Source: Candidatus Moraniibacteriota bacterium
GTDB lineage: Bacteria; Patescibacteriota; Minisyncoccia; Moranbacterales; GWC2-37-73
Direction of reading: 5' to 3'
Assembly: GCA_035390125.1 (NCBI GenBank)
Contig: DAOOTD010000001.1
Coordinates: 31,619-95,618, forward strand
DNA length: 64,000 nt
In this document: positions 1-10,904 of the stretch, piece by piece
Layout of the letters: every line of letters starts with the position of its first letter
Numbering within the stretch: the first letter of the stretch is position 1
Translations under genes and position numbers: made by a program
Notes under the pieces: model-generated
What the model saw: the letters and a program-made list of their open reading frames with translations, nothing else
What the model was told of the DNA's origin: nothing
The model's database searches: none

Positions 1-1
1 G

Positions 2-394
2 AATAAGCTTAGGCAGGAAATTGCACAAGCAATTAAAGAAGCCAAGGAGCAGGGTGATTTAAGTGAGAATGCTGAATACGCAGAAGCAAAATCCCAGCAA
101 AATGAAAATGAGTCAAGAATTGCAGAATTGGAAATGATTATAAAGAATTCACAGGTTGTAGAAAAAGATGATACCCAAAAAGGGGCACAGATAGGTTCTG
201 TTGTAAAAGTTAATTTCAATAAAAATGAAATGGATTTTTATATTGTTGGTTCTAACGAAGCTGACCCTGCAAATTTCAAGATTTCCAATGAATCGCCCCT
301 GGGGAAAGCCTTTATGGGTCATGATGCTGGTGATACCGTAAAAGTATCAACTCCCAAAGGAGTTATTGAATACAAGATTGTTAGTGTGAAATAA
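2..394 (+). CDS. greA: Transcription elongation factor GreA (5' truncated by window)
   Basis: Open frame from base 2 reads EIAQAIKEAKEQGDLSENAEY; C-terminal ISNESPLGKA motif. Confidence 0.95.
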   Translation, partial: NKLRQEIAQAIKEAKEQGDLSENAEYAEAKSQQNENESRIAELEMIIKNSQVVEKDDTQKGAQIGSVVKVNFNKNEMDFYIVGSNEADPANFKISNESPLGKAFMGHDAGDTVKVSTPKGVIEYKIVSVK

Positions 395-409
395 TTTTTT
401 CTATACAAG

Positions 410-437
410 AAAGAGCCCCATTGAATGGGGCTCTTTT
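410..437 (+). terminator. Rho-independent terminator after greA
   Basis: AAAGAGCCCCAT-TGA-ATGGGGCTCTTT hairpin with T tail. Confidence 0.85.
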
Positions 438-513
438 ATTGATAATATAAAAATTGCCACGAAATCTTTTTTGGGCTATTATTTAAGCATATTTTAATTA
501 TTCAAAACTATTT

Positions 514-1962
514 ATGAGAGACGATATTTTACAAACAAAAATTGATAAATTACAACAAGTTAAAAGTTTTGGAATGGACCCATATCCAGAGAAATCCAAA
601 CGTGATTTTACAAATAAAGAAGCAACAGAACAATTTGATGAATTGGCTGATAAAGAAATTACTTTAGTGGGAAGAGTTAGGTCATTTCGACCTATGGGTG
701 GCAGTGCATTTGCACATATTGAAGACGAAAGCGGTAAAATGCAAGTTTTTCTTAATAAGGCAAATATGCCAGAAGAGCTTTTCCACCTTTTTATAAAAAG
801 TGTTGATCTTGGAGATTTTATTGAGGTTTCAGGAAAACTTTTTAAAACAAAAACCGAAGAAAAATCTTTGAAAGTCGCTGATTGGAAAATATTGTCAAAA
901 AATATCCGTCCGATTCCAACTGAACATTTTGGGATTAAGGATGAAGAAGAACTTTTGCGCAGACGTTATCTTGATTTTATGACAAATGAAAATACCAGGA
1001 AGCTTTTCAGAAAGAAGGATATTTTTTGGCAAGCAATCAGAAATTTTTTAGTCAAGGATGGTTTTTTGGAAGTGCATAATCCAGTTTTTGAGCGTATTCC
1101 AGGAGGGGCTGAAGCGCAGCCTTTCATTACCCATCATAATGCTCTTGATTACGATTTCTATATGCGCATTTCGCTTGAGCTTACGCTTAAGCGTCTTTTA
1201 GTCGGTGGTTATGAAAAAGTTTTTGAAATTGGGCGGGTATTCCGCAATGAAGGAATTGACAGGGAGCACTTGCAGGAATATGACAGTATGGAATTTTATG
1301 CGGCTTATTGGGATCTAAAAAAGGGTATGAAATTTTCAGAAAAAATGTTCAAAAAAATTATTGAAAAAGTCACGGGTGGAGCAATTACAGAGTATGAAAA
1401 TGAAAAAATTGATTGGAGCAAGAAATTTACAGTTGTTGATTATTTTGATACCTTCAAGAAAGAGACTGGAATTGATCTGAATAAAAATATTACAGTTGAT
1501 GAACTCAAAAAGAAAGCTGATGAACTTGGAATAAAATATGAAAAAGAATACGGCAAGGGGAGAATGATTGATACAATTTATAAAAAGACAGTCAGGCAAA
1601 AATTAATCCAACCATGTTTTTTAGTCGGTCATCCGCTGGAAGTTTCCCCATTAGCCAAGACTGACCCCAAAAAACCGAAAAAAGTTTTACGTTTTCAAAT
1701 TATTGCTGGCAAGGCCGAGCTTTGTAATGCTTTTGCGGAGCTTAATGATCCAATAGAGCAAAGAAGGCGTTTTGAAGAACAAATGAAACTAAGGGAAGCG
1801 GGTGATGCTGAGGCGCAGATGATAGATGAGGATTTTGTAGAAGCTTTGGAATATGGAATGCCTCCGGCTTTCGGTTTTGGTATAAGTGAAAGACTTTTTG
1901 CATTTATTATGAATAAGTCGGTTCGTGAATGTGTAACTTTTCCCCCAGTTAAGGAAAAATAA
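514..1962 (+). CDS. lysS: Lysine--tRNA ligase (class II)
   Basis: OB-fold N-terminus, PGGAEAQPFITHHNALD, FRNEGID, ALEYGMPP motifs. Confidence 0.97.
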   Translation: MRDDILQTKIDKLQQVKSFGMDPYPEKSKRDFTNKEATEQFDELADKEITLVGRVRSFRPMGGSAFAHIEDESGKMQVFLNKANMPEELFHLFIKSVDLGDFIEVSGKLFKTKTEEKSLKVADWKILSKNIRPIPTEHFGIKDEEELLRRRYLDFMTNENTRKLFRKKDIFWQAIRNFLVKDGFLEVHNPVFERIPGGAEAQPFITHHNALDYDFYMRISLELTLKRLLVGGYEKVFEIGRVFRNEGIDREHLQEYDSMEFYAAYWDLKKGMKFSEKMFKKIIEKVTGGAITEYENEKIDWSKKFTVVDYFDTFKKETGIDLNKNITVDELKKKADELGIKYEKEYGKGRMIDTIYKKTVRQKLIQPCFLVGHPLEVSPLAKTDPKKPKKVLRFQIIAGKAELCNAFAELNDPIEQRRRFEEQMKLREAGDAEAQMIDEDFVEALEYGMPPAFGFGISERLFAFIMNKSVRECVTFPPVKEK

Positions 1963-1964
1963 AT

Positions 1965-2669
1965 ATGTTAAAGAAGCGGATTTTATCTATTCGTGGATAT
2001 ATAAGCGTGAAAACGATAATTATTGTTCTGATTTTAATTGCGACTTTGTATGTTTTTCAGAATAAATATGAGGAAATAAATAATCTGTCCATTATTAAAA
2101 ATAGCAGGGAAAATGGAGCATTATTTTATCTGGAAGGATTATGGAAGAATATGAAAAAAATTCAAAGAATAAGCGAAGGAAGGTCGCAAAGAGCCATGGA
2201 ATTATTTGAAGAAGTAAAATTAATCAAAGAAAAGTCAGGACTTTTTTCTCTAAAAATACCGAAGAGCTGGAATGTTATCAATGAAGAAGGTCCGGATAAA
2301 AAACAAATTTCCAAGATAGTTATTGAAAATTCGCGTTTTTTACAGCACAACGAAGATAACCAAATTTATTATGATGATGGAGCGCAATTAGTCATTCAAG
2401 TTGTTAGGGGTGAAAACAAAAACACAAATTTATCTGACAGTCCCAATGATCAGATGGTTGTCAAGACAGGAAATATAAATGTAGGGAGTTATAAATCGAA
2501 ATATAATATTATTAAAGATAATAATGTAAAAAAAGGAGAAATAATTAATGCGCATGTCATGCACAATGGAAATATATATAATTTTCAGCTGGTTGATAAT
2601 CCAAGTACATTTTCCAATGGAGAATTTTCTTTTCAAGAAATATTGCAATCATTTCAATTTTTAAAATAA
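1965..2669 (+). CDS. Membrane-anchored hypothetical protein (possible PsbP-like fold)
   Basis: N-terminal hydrophobic helix; FSLKIPKSW and ILQSFQF resemble PsbP-like ends. Confidence 0.55.
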   Translation: MLKKRILSIRGYISVKTIIIVLILIATLYVFQNKYEEINNLSIIKNSRENGALFYLEGLWKNMKKIQRISEGRSQRAMELFEEVKLIKEKSGLFSLKIPKSWNVINEEGPDKKQISKIVIENSRFLQHNEDNQIYYDDGAQLVIQVVRGENKNTNLSDSPNDQMVVKTGNINVGSYKSKYNIIKDNNVKKGEIINAHVMHNGNIYNFQLVDNPSTFSNGEFSFQEILQSFQFLK

Positions 2670-2765
2670 CAGCAAATAAGAATAAATAGGTTTTGGAAAT
2701 AAATCCAACAAAATCATGCCAAGATAGGGTGAAAGATATGATTATTTCAGGTTGTACTATATATG

Positions 2766-2906
2766 CAGTCCGTAGCTTAATTGGGAAAGCATCTATCAGG
2801 GTATATATGGGGAGTATTTGACTGGTTATATTGATATAGTTTTGTGATCAGCCAGTATTTCTCATATAGATAGAATGGCATGTTGGTTCGAATCCAACCG
2901 GACGGT
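2766..2906 (+). tRNA. tRNA-like gene with ~60-nt hairpin insertion in the anticodon arm; identity unassignable
   Basis: Acceptor GTCCG/CGGAC, D arm TAGCTTAATTGGGAAAGC, stem TCTATC/GATAGA, T arm GTTGG-TTCGAAT-CCAAC. Confidence 0.6.
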
Positions 2907-2907
2907 C

Positions 2908-2937
2908 AAAAAGAACGCACTGGGGTGTGTTTTTTTT
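2908..2937 (+). terminator. Terminator after tRNA-like gene
   Basis: AACGCAC-TGGG-GTGTGTT hairpin followed by T run. Confidence 0.7.
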
Positions 2938-3029
2938 AGTTTTAAATAAGCTAAAATAAAAGATTTTTTCTTGCAAATAAAGCTGTTTAATAGTAAAATT
3001 AAACATATATTTACTTATTTTTTATCAAT

Positions 3030-4322
3030 ATGCTAGACATAAAATTTATCAGGGAACATGCTGAAGAAGTTAAGAAAAATTGCAAAAACCGCAGTGTAAA
3101 ATGCGATATAGATGAGCTTTTGGAATTAGATAAAATTCGTCTCAGCCAATTGCAATATGTTGAAGAACTTCAGGCTGAAAAAAATAAATTAAATGAATTG
3201 TTGCCTAAAACCTCAGGAGAAGAAAAAGCAGCTTTGCTTGAACAGGGGAAAGCCGTGAAAGAAAAACTGGCAACGGAAGAGCCGAAGCTTGAAAAAATGA
3301 AAAATGAATTTCAGGAAATTCTGATGACTATTCCTAACATGACTCATCCGGAAGTTAAAGTCAGTGATAATGAAGACGACAATCCTGTTTTGGAAGTTGT
3401 GGAAGAACCTGCAAAATTAGATTTTAAACCATTGGATCATGTACAAATTGCAGAAAATCTGGATCTCATTGATTTCGAAAGGGCGACTAAAGTAAGCGGT
3501 GCGAAATTTTATTATCTGAAAAATGAATTGGTTTTTTTGGAACAGGCGCTTATAAATTATGCTTTGGAAGTTGCAACTAAACATGGGTTTACTCCTTTTT
3601 CTACTCCTGATCTGGCCAAGAAAGATGTTTTGGAAGGGCTGGGCTTTAATCCGCGTGGTCAGGAAACACAAATATACAATATTGAAAATTCTGACATAAG
3701 CCTTATCGGCACAGCCGAAATAACTATGGGAGGCTACCACATGAACGAAATAATCGATGAAAAAAATCTGCCTAAAAAATATATCGCGCTTTCTCATTGC
3801 TATCGCACAGAAGCTGGAGCTTATTCTAAATTTTCCAAAGGCATCTTCAGAGTCCATCAGTTCACAAAAGTGGAAATGTTCCAATATGTGATGCCGGAAA
3901 AAAGCGAAGAAGCTCATAGGGAAATCTTAGAAATTGAAAAAGAAATTTTCAAGGGCTTGGGTGTTCCTTTCAGGGTCATTGATCATTGCACGGCTGATTT
4001 GGGCGGTCCATCTATAAGAACCTTTGATTTGGAAGCCTGGATGCCTGGCAAACCCAATAAAGAGGGAACAATGGGAGACTGGGCGGAAGTAACATCAACT
4101 TCCAATTGTACCGACTATCAATCCAGAGGGCTGAACATAAAATACAAAAAAGATGACGGTAAAAAAGAATATCTGCATATGCTCAATGGTACGGCTGTGG
4201 CTACGACGCGGGCGCTAATCGCTGTTTTGGAAAATTACCAACAGGCAGATGGCTCTGTGGTTGTTCCAGAAGTTCTGCGCAAATACATGCCGGCGAACAT
4301 GGAAAGTATAAAGAAAAAATAA
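3030..4322 (+). CDS. serS: Serine--tRNA ligase
   Basis: MLDIKFIRE start, LIGTAEI, CYRTEAG, RVHQFTKVE, SNCTDYQSR, HMLNGT. Confidence 0.97.
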   Translation: MLDIKFIREHAEEVKKNCKNRSVKCDIDELLELDKIRLSQLQYVEELQAEKNKLNELLPKTSGEEKAALLEQGKAVKEKLATEEPKLEKMKNEFQEILMTIPNMTHPEVKVSDNEDDNPVLEVVEEPAKLDFKPLDHVQIAENLDLIDFERATKVSGAKFYYLKNELVFLEQALINYALEVATKHGFTPFSTPDLAKKDVLEGLGFNPRGQETQIYNIENSDISLIGTAEITMGGYHMNEIIDEKNLPKKYIALSHCYRTEAGAYSKFSKGIFRVHQFTKVEMFQYVMPEKSEEAHREILEIEKEIFKGLGVPFRVIDHCTADLGGPSIRTFDLEAWMPGKPNKEGTMGDWAEVTSTSNCTDYQSRGLNIKYKKDDGKKEYLHMLNGTAVATTRALIAVLENYQQADGSVVVPEVLRKYMPANMESIKKK

Positions 4323-4354
4323 TTTGTCGATATATTTTGTTATAAATACAAAAT

Positions 4355-4750
4355 ATGAAAAATTTGGAACCAGAAAACAATTTGGCCCATGAGGAAAGTT
4401 GGGAAAAAATTGCCTCTGTTCTCCTAAAAGGCGATAAGAAAGCATTATCGCTTAATTCAGAAAAAGATGAAGAATATAACCAGGCAGTATTTTCGTCTTG
4501 GGAAAATGTTGTTGTGTTGCATGTGATGGCGCCAAAAAAGACTAAATTTCATATTGCCTTTGCAACCAGGAAAAAAATAAAATATCTGCCGCAAGAGCTG
4601 GAAACTGATTTGAAATTTGCAGTGCGAATTGGGCCGAAAGATTTCAAAGTTTTTATCATTCCGGACGATATCAGGAAAAAAGTCATGTTGGAAGTTGTGG
4701 AATATACCAAAGTTGATAATGAAAAATATAAAGACTTGATTTTGTTATGA
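4355..4750 (+). CDS. Hypothetical protein
   Basis: 131-aa ORF between serS and GH1, overlapping the next start (ATGA). Confidence 0.7.
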   Translation: MKNLEPENNLAHEESWEKIASVLLKGDKKALSLNSEKDEEYNQAVFSSWENVVVLHVMAPKKTKFHIAFATRKKIKYLPQELETDLKFAVRIGPKDFKVFIIPDDIRKKVMLEVVEYTKVDNEKYKDLILL

Positions 4751-5937
4751 TTAAAAAACTAAAATTTCCAAATGGTTTTTTATGGGGAGTGGCGACTTCA
4801 GCCTATCAGGTTGAAGGTGGTTGTACGAATAATGATTGGTATGAATGGGAGAAAAAAGGAAAAACAAAAGGCATGGCAGGGAAAGCCTGCGATAGCTGGA
4901 ATAGATTTGCAGAGGATCATAGTTTAGCGCAAGAACTTGGATGCAATGCTTTCAGATTGTCTTTAGAATGGTCAAAGATTGAACCGGAAGAGGGAAAATT
5001 TTCTCAGGAAGCCATTGAACACTATAGGCAAGTTTTGCAAGATATTAAATCCAAAGGCATGATGCGATCCGTTACTCTTTGGCACTGGGCTTTGCCTCTT
5101 TGGCTTTCAAAAAAAGGAGGATGGCATAAAAAAGAAACAATTGATTATTTTGTAAAATATTGCGAAAAAGTTATAAAAGAGCTTGGTGAAGAAATAGACA
5201 TATTTTTGACTATAAATGAACCGAGACTTCCTTTAAACAGGGGATATTTTGTAGGAGATTTTCCCCCAGGAAAGAGAAATCCTATCCTATTTTTATTAGC
5301 TAGAAAAAATATGGTCGCTGCCCATAAACTTTGTTACGAAGTCGTAAAAAAAGAAAAGCCAAATCTTAAAGTTGGCATAACGCAATTTTGTAATGATTTT
5401 AATTATTATGGTTTAAAACCAGCGAGTTTTATTACGGAAAAAGTGGAAGATTTTTATAATTGGTATTTTTATGAGCAGATCAGGGGGTATTATGATTTTG
5501 TAGGAATCAATTATTATTTTGCAATTGAAATAAAATTATTTCCGCCCTCTATACGTATGCAAACCACAGACAAGCAAATAACTGAAATGGGATGGGGAGT
5601 TTTTCCTGAAGGATTATATGAAATTGTCATGGATGCCTGGAGACGATATAAAAAGCCTATATATATTTTTGAAAACGGAATTGCAAATGCAGGGGATGAT
5701 CATCGCAGCGCCTATATTAAAAGTCATCTTCAAAAACTTCACGAAGCCATTTCAGAAGGCGCGGATGTGCGAGGCTATTTTCACTGGTCGCTAATTGACA
5801 ATTTTGAATGGAATGAGGCGTATAATATGAAGTTCGGTTTGATTGAGGTTAACTTTGAAACACAAGAAAGAAAACCGCGAAAAAGTTTCTATGAATATGC
5901 GAAAATATGCAAAAGCAATGAGGTGGAAATAGAGTAA
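4747..5937 (+). CDS. Glycoside hydrolase family 1 (beta-glucosidase-like)
   Basis: FLWGVATSAYQVEG, TINEP acid/base, IFENG nucleophile, WSLIDNFEW. Confidence 0.93.
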   Translation: MIKKLKFPNGFLWGVATSAYQVEGGCTNNDWYEWEKKGKTKGMAGKACDSWNRFAEDHSLAQELGCNAFRLSLEWSKIEPEEGKFSQEAIEHYRQVLQDIKSKGMMRSVTLWHWALPLWLSKKGGWHKKETIDYFVKYCEKVIKELGEEIDIFLTINEPRLPLNRGYFVGDFPPGKRNPILFLLARKNMVAAHKLCYEVVKKEKPNLKVGITQFCNDFNYYGLKPASFITEKVEDFYNWYFYEQIRGYYDFVGINYYFAIEIKLFPPSIRMQTTDKQITEMGWGVFPEGLYEIVMDAWRRYKKPIYIFENGIANAGDDHRSAYIKSHLQKLHEAISEGADVRGYFHWSLIDNFEWNEAYNMKFGLIEVNFETQERKPRKSFYEYAKICKSNEVEIE

Positions 5938-5991
5938 AAACTGGCTTATTTTAGGCAAAAAATTGTTATGAAAAAGCATAAATAATAACCC

Positions 5992-6020
5992 TTGACAATA
6001 TTTAAGTGAGTTGTTACAAT
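5992..6020 (+). promoter_or_regulatory. Sigma70 promoter of 16S transcription unit
   Basis: TTGACA-17 nt-TACAAT with extended TG. Confidence 0.75.
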
Positions 6021-6672
6021 GGACAAGCAATAAAAAAAGCAGGTGTTTAATTAATTTATTAAAAAAACATCGCCGCAAAACAGTAAAAATATTTTAAAAA
6101 TTCGGGTGGAAAAAATACATCCCGATGCATATCAACAAGATGTGCGTGAGGATGTGTTTTTTGTTCATTTTAAATTTTTTTCAAGGCTGATAAATCAGGC
6201 GCGTCCCAGTGAATCGAAGGAAAACCCCCTTTCGTTTCAATTGATTACGTTTTTAAGTTAGGGGAGTCTGACAAGTTTTTGTTTTTTAAAAACTTGCCCC
6301 GCTCAGCTTTGATTAAGATAATTTGGTGGTCGGGCATATTCGAGATTTCTGTTTATTTGAAGCTTCCTTTCAAAAAAAATAAGGGTAATCGGTTTTAATC
6401 TCGAAACCGCTCCCTCCCGGCCTCCAAATTTTATAACCCCAAATCATTATAGAGAAATAATTTTATTTCTCTATAAAAATTTGCAGTTATGGATAGTATT
6501 TTGAAAACTTAATGAGAGATTAATCGCAATTTATTGCGGTTAGTCCTTTAAAACCTGTCGCTTACGCGCGGCAGGTCTGGTTGTTTATCTGAGCTATAAG
6601 TTTTCGCATCTTTTCTTTAGATAAAGATGCAAACCGTTTAAAATTTTTTCCACTTCGGTGGAAGGTTTTATT

Positions 6673-8165
<1,493 letters not shown>

Positions 8166-8391
8166 TAGGGAGATTTTGATGGTAATCGAGAATACTACAC
8201 GTGAAGACTGTTGGTGTCATCATCAACGGTTGTGGAGTATGGTTATCATCCGCTGGTCGACTCTAATTTATTAGAGAACAGCAATGCCTAGCAGAGCTAA
8301 CAGAATCTGTAGATGTGTTTGTACACACATCGGTAAACTCTTATAGGACTAATCGCAATAGGTTGTGATACATATACTTTTTGCAAGCAAG

Positions 8392-8413
8392 AACACCTTA
8401 AATGGTGTTTTTT
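8392..8413 (+). terminator. Terminator of 16S transcript (inside element)
   Basis: AACACC-TTAAAT-GGTGTT followed by TTTTGCGT; parallels 42561-42590. Confidence 0.7.
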
Positions 8414-8436
8414 GCGTTGGTCAGTCTACTCCGCTC

Positions 8437-8464
8437 TTGACATTTCTGCTGGTTATTCTATACT
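8437..8464 (+). promoter_or_regulatory. Putative promoter of lexA-like gene
   Basis: TTGACA-16 nt-TATACT. Confidence 0.6.
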
Positions 8465-8498
8465 TTCAGTAGGAGTTGGAAAAACTGAACAAATTATT

Positions 8499-9149
8499 AT
8501 GGAACTACTTTCATCAAAAGAAAGCGTTGTGCTTTCTGTAATCAAAAAATTCAAAGCCAGAAATGGCTACATGCCTACATTTCAGGAAATGCTGGATGAA
8601 TGCAACAAGATTGGTCTTGCGATAAAAAGCAAGGGCTCGATTTTCACATATTTGAAATCGCTTGAGGAAAAAGGATATCTGACAAAATCTTCCGAAAAGA
8701 GAGGGTTAGATTTCATTGATCGAATGAATGAATTTTTCGTGGATGTTCCCGTGCTTGGCTCAGCATCAGCTGGCGCGCCTACTATTTTTGCCGAGGAATA
8801 TGTGCAGGGGCATCTAAAAGTCTCGAAAAAGATAGTTGGCAATAAAAATGTCTTTGCTATTCAGGTTCATGGTACGAGTATGAATTTATCACAGATAGAC
8901 AGTAAAAAAATAGATGATGGTGATTTTATCATTGTAGACTCAGAGTATAAAGATTATAAGAATGGGGACAAGTTATTGGTTGTGATTGATGGGCTGGCTA
9001 CGGTTAAGAAATTCAAAAAAATTAATGATGAAATGATGGCATTGCTTCCGGAATCGACCAACAACGAGCATCGGCCGATTTATTTAACGCCTGATGATAC
9101 CTTCATCATAAATGGAAAAGTTATCGATGTATTCAAAAGTGGAAATTAA
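8499..9149 (+). CDS. LexA-family repressor (HTH + S24 peptidase)
   Basis: GYMPTFQEM HTH, SASAG cleavage site, GTSM Ser, ATVKK Lys; ATG at 8499 preferred over 8412. Confidence 0.88.
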   Translation: MELLSSKESVVLSVIKKFKARNGYMPTFQEMLDECNKIGLAIKSKGSIFTYLKSLEEKGYLTKSSEKRGLDFIDRMNEFFVDVPVLGSASAGAPTIFAEEYVQGHLKVSKKIVGNKNVFAIQVHGTSMNLSQIDSKKIDDGDFIIVDSEYKDYKNGDKLLVVIDGLATVKKFKKINDEMMALLPESTNNEHRPIYLTPDDTFIINGKVIDVFKSGN

Positions 9150-9179
9150 CGGAGGCTTAGTCGGGCTTTCCGTTTTTTT
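9148..9179 (+). terminator. Terminator after lexA-like gene
   Basis: AACGGAGGCTT/GGGCTTTCCGTT imperfect hairpin plus T run. Confidence 0.6.
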
Positions 9180-9205
9180 AATAATCAATATTAATACGCA
9201 AACAA

Positions 9206-9412
9206 ATGGCGAAGTACAATCAAAACAGCGGGAAGGCTTGGACATCGAAAGATGTTTCTCAGTTAAGATCGCTGGCAAAGCAAAACACCCCTACAAGGGT
9301 AATCGGACTAAAGCTTGGCAGAACGCCTGACGCTGTGGCATCTAGAGCCAGTCAGGAGAATGTCAGTTTGAGACCAACAAATCAGTCTCCGTATAATCGG
9401 AGCAAGAAATAA
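9206..9412 (+). CDS. Small basic Myb/GcrA-like HTH protein
   Basis: WTSKDVSQLRSLAK...IGLKLGRTPDAV pattern. Confidence 0.65.
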   Translation: MAKYNQNSGKAWTSKDVSQLRSLAKQNTPTRVIGLKLGRTPDAVASRASQENVSLRPTNQSPYNRSKK

Positions 9413-9487
9413 AAAAGGAGCGACTGAGATTGCCTGTGAAGTGGTCTCGGTCGCCCTTCCTAATTAACTTAATTTTAGCACAAAATT

Positions 9488-9748
9488 ATGGAAAACGAAA
9501 AGAAGGATAAAAAGGTGACTATAATCGTGAACACACGTCCACACGAATGGGATAAAAAAGAAGAAATTTCGTTCGAGGAGGTGGTTACGCTTGCTTTCGG
9601 AAGTTTCTCGGAAGACGCTGCAATCGCGTATACGGTTATTTACTCTCGAGGTAAAGATGAGAATAAGGAAGGCTCCTTGGTAAAGGGAGAGAGCGTAAAG
9701 GTTAAGGATGAGATGATATTCAATGCTACGCAAACAAATAAGTCTTAG
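9488..9748 (+). CDS. Ubiquitin-like (multiubiquitin-domain) protein
   Basis: VTIIVN...ISFEEVVTLAF...YTVIYSRG...GESVKVKDEMIFN beta-grasp pattern, directly upstream of a ThiF gene. Confidence 0.8.
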   Translation: MENEKKDKKVTIIVNTRPHEWDKKEEISFEEVVTLAFGSFSEDAAIAYTVIYSRGKDENKEGSLVKGESVKVKDEMIFNATQTNKS

Positions 9749-10904
9749 CCCAGACTTAAAAAAACTTCAGGACGAGGGCTACGAAATTGAAGTCAAGAGT
9801 GGTTATTTGCTGGTACATCATGTGCCGTATGTGAATTCCCAAAAGGAGATTGCTTACGGCACGCTGGTGTCCAAGTTAGAGCTGGCTTCAGATAAAACGG
9901 TCAACCCTGTGGGCGACCATGTTATGAGGTTTATTGGCGAGCATCCATGTAACCATGACGGAACTGTTATTACCGCTATACAACACGCAAGTAACAACGA
10001 ACCTATTGTTGATGGGTTGACTACAAATCATAGCTTTTCCAGTAAACCTCCATCCGGACAGTATCCTGATTATTATCAAAAAATAATCACCTACGAAAGA
10101 ATTTTGTCATCACAGGCGAAGCATATTGACACTTCGGTAACCGCAATAACTTTCAAAACTATTGAGCCAGACGATGAAGAATCCGTACATCACTACATCG
10201 ATACAAATTCTACACGTGCCGACATTGGTTTAATATCAGCGAAACTCAAAGACGTAAGGGTGGCGATTGTCGGTTTGGGCGGAACTGGTTCTTACGTCTT
10301 GGATTTTATTTCGAAGACTGAAGTAAGAGAAATCCATTTATTTGATGCCGACGATTTTCTTCAGCATAACGCATTTAGGTCTCCGGGTGCTGCTTCCAAG
10401 GAAAAGCTGGATGAAAGACTCAAAAAGGTTGATTATTTTCATGGGGTGTATTCCAAAATGCACAAGAAAATTTTTTCTAGAGAATACCACCTGACAGATT
10501 CTAATTTAGAAGAAATATCGGGAATGGATTTCGTATTCATTTGCATTGACGAAGGAAAAATTAAAAAGCAAATAGCTGAGAGATTGATAGAGAAAAAAAT
10601 ACCATTTGTGGATACAGGGATTGGAATTCAATCAATCGACGGCGCTTTAATTGGCTGTATCCGCACTACCATGGCTACTCCTGAAAAAAATGATCACCTT
10701 GGACGAAGGATTGATTTCTCTGACGGAGGACATGATGCTTACACACAAAATATCCAAATCGCCGAACTTAACGCGCTTAACGCTTCGTTGGCTGTAATTA
10801 AGATGAAAAAGCATTTCGGATTTTACTATGACCAAGAAAAGGAATATAATTCAAGTTATGAAATTAGCATTAATAAAATAATCAACGATGAGACTAACTC
10901 CTAA
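9723..10904 (+). CDS. E2-like (DUF6791-like) + ThiF/E1 adenylyltransferase fusion
   Basis: VAIVGLGGTGS, LFDAD..LQHNAFR, FICID; N-terminal LLVHHVPYVN and GEHPC. Confidence 0.85.
   Translation: MLRKQISLSPDLKKLQDEGYEIEVKSGYLLVHHVPYVNSQKEIAYGTLVSKLELASDKTVNPVGDHVMRFIGEHPCNHDGTVITAIQHASNNEPIVDGLTTNHSFSSKPPSGQYPDYYQKIITYERILSSQAKHIDTSVTAITFKTIEPDDEESVHHYIDTNSTRADIGLISAKLKDVRVAIVGLGGTGSYVLDFISKTEVREIHLFDADDFLQHNAFRSPGAASKEKLDERLKKVDYFHGVYSKMHKKIFSREYHLTDSNLEEISGMDFVFICIDEGKIKKQIAERLIEKKIPFVDTGIGIQSIDGALIGCIRTTMATPEKNDHLGRRIDFSDGGHDAYTQNIQIAELNALNASLAVIKMKKHFGFYYDQEKEYNSSYEISINKIINDETNS

Noticed and set aside
2798-2868. Group I intron, or tRNA-Pro(GGG) assignment
   Set aside because: Insert too short for a ribozyme core; positions flanking GGG lack U33 and purine 37.
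8173-8345. Possible ITS tRNA (Ile/Ala)
   Set aside because: Hairpin-rich but no T-loop or D-loop consensus; treated as rRNA trailer.
8412-8498. Extended N-terminus of LexA in the ORF track
   Set aside because: Overlaps terminator and promoter; ATG at 8499 fits the domain start. Same reasoning for the 15235, 23737 and 42896 starts.
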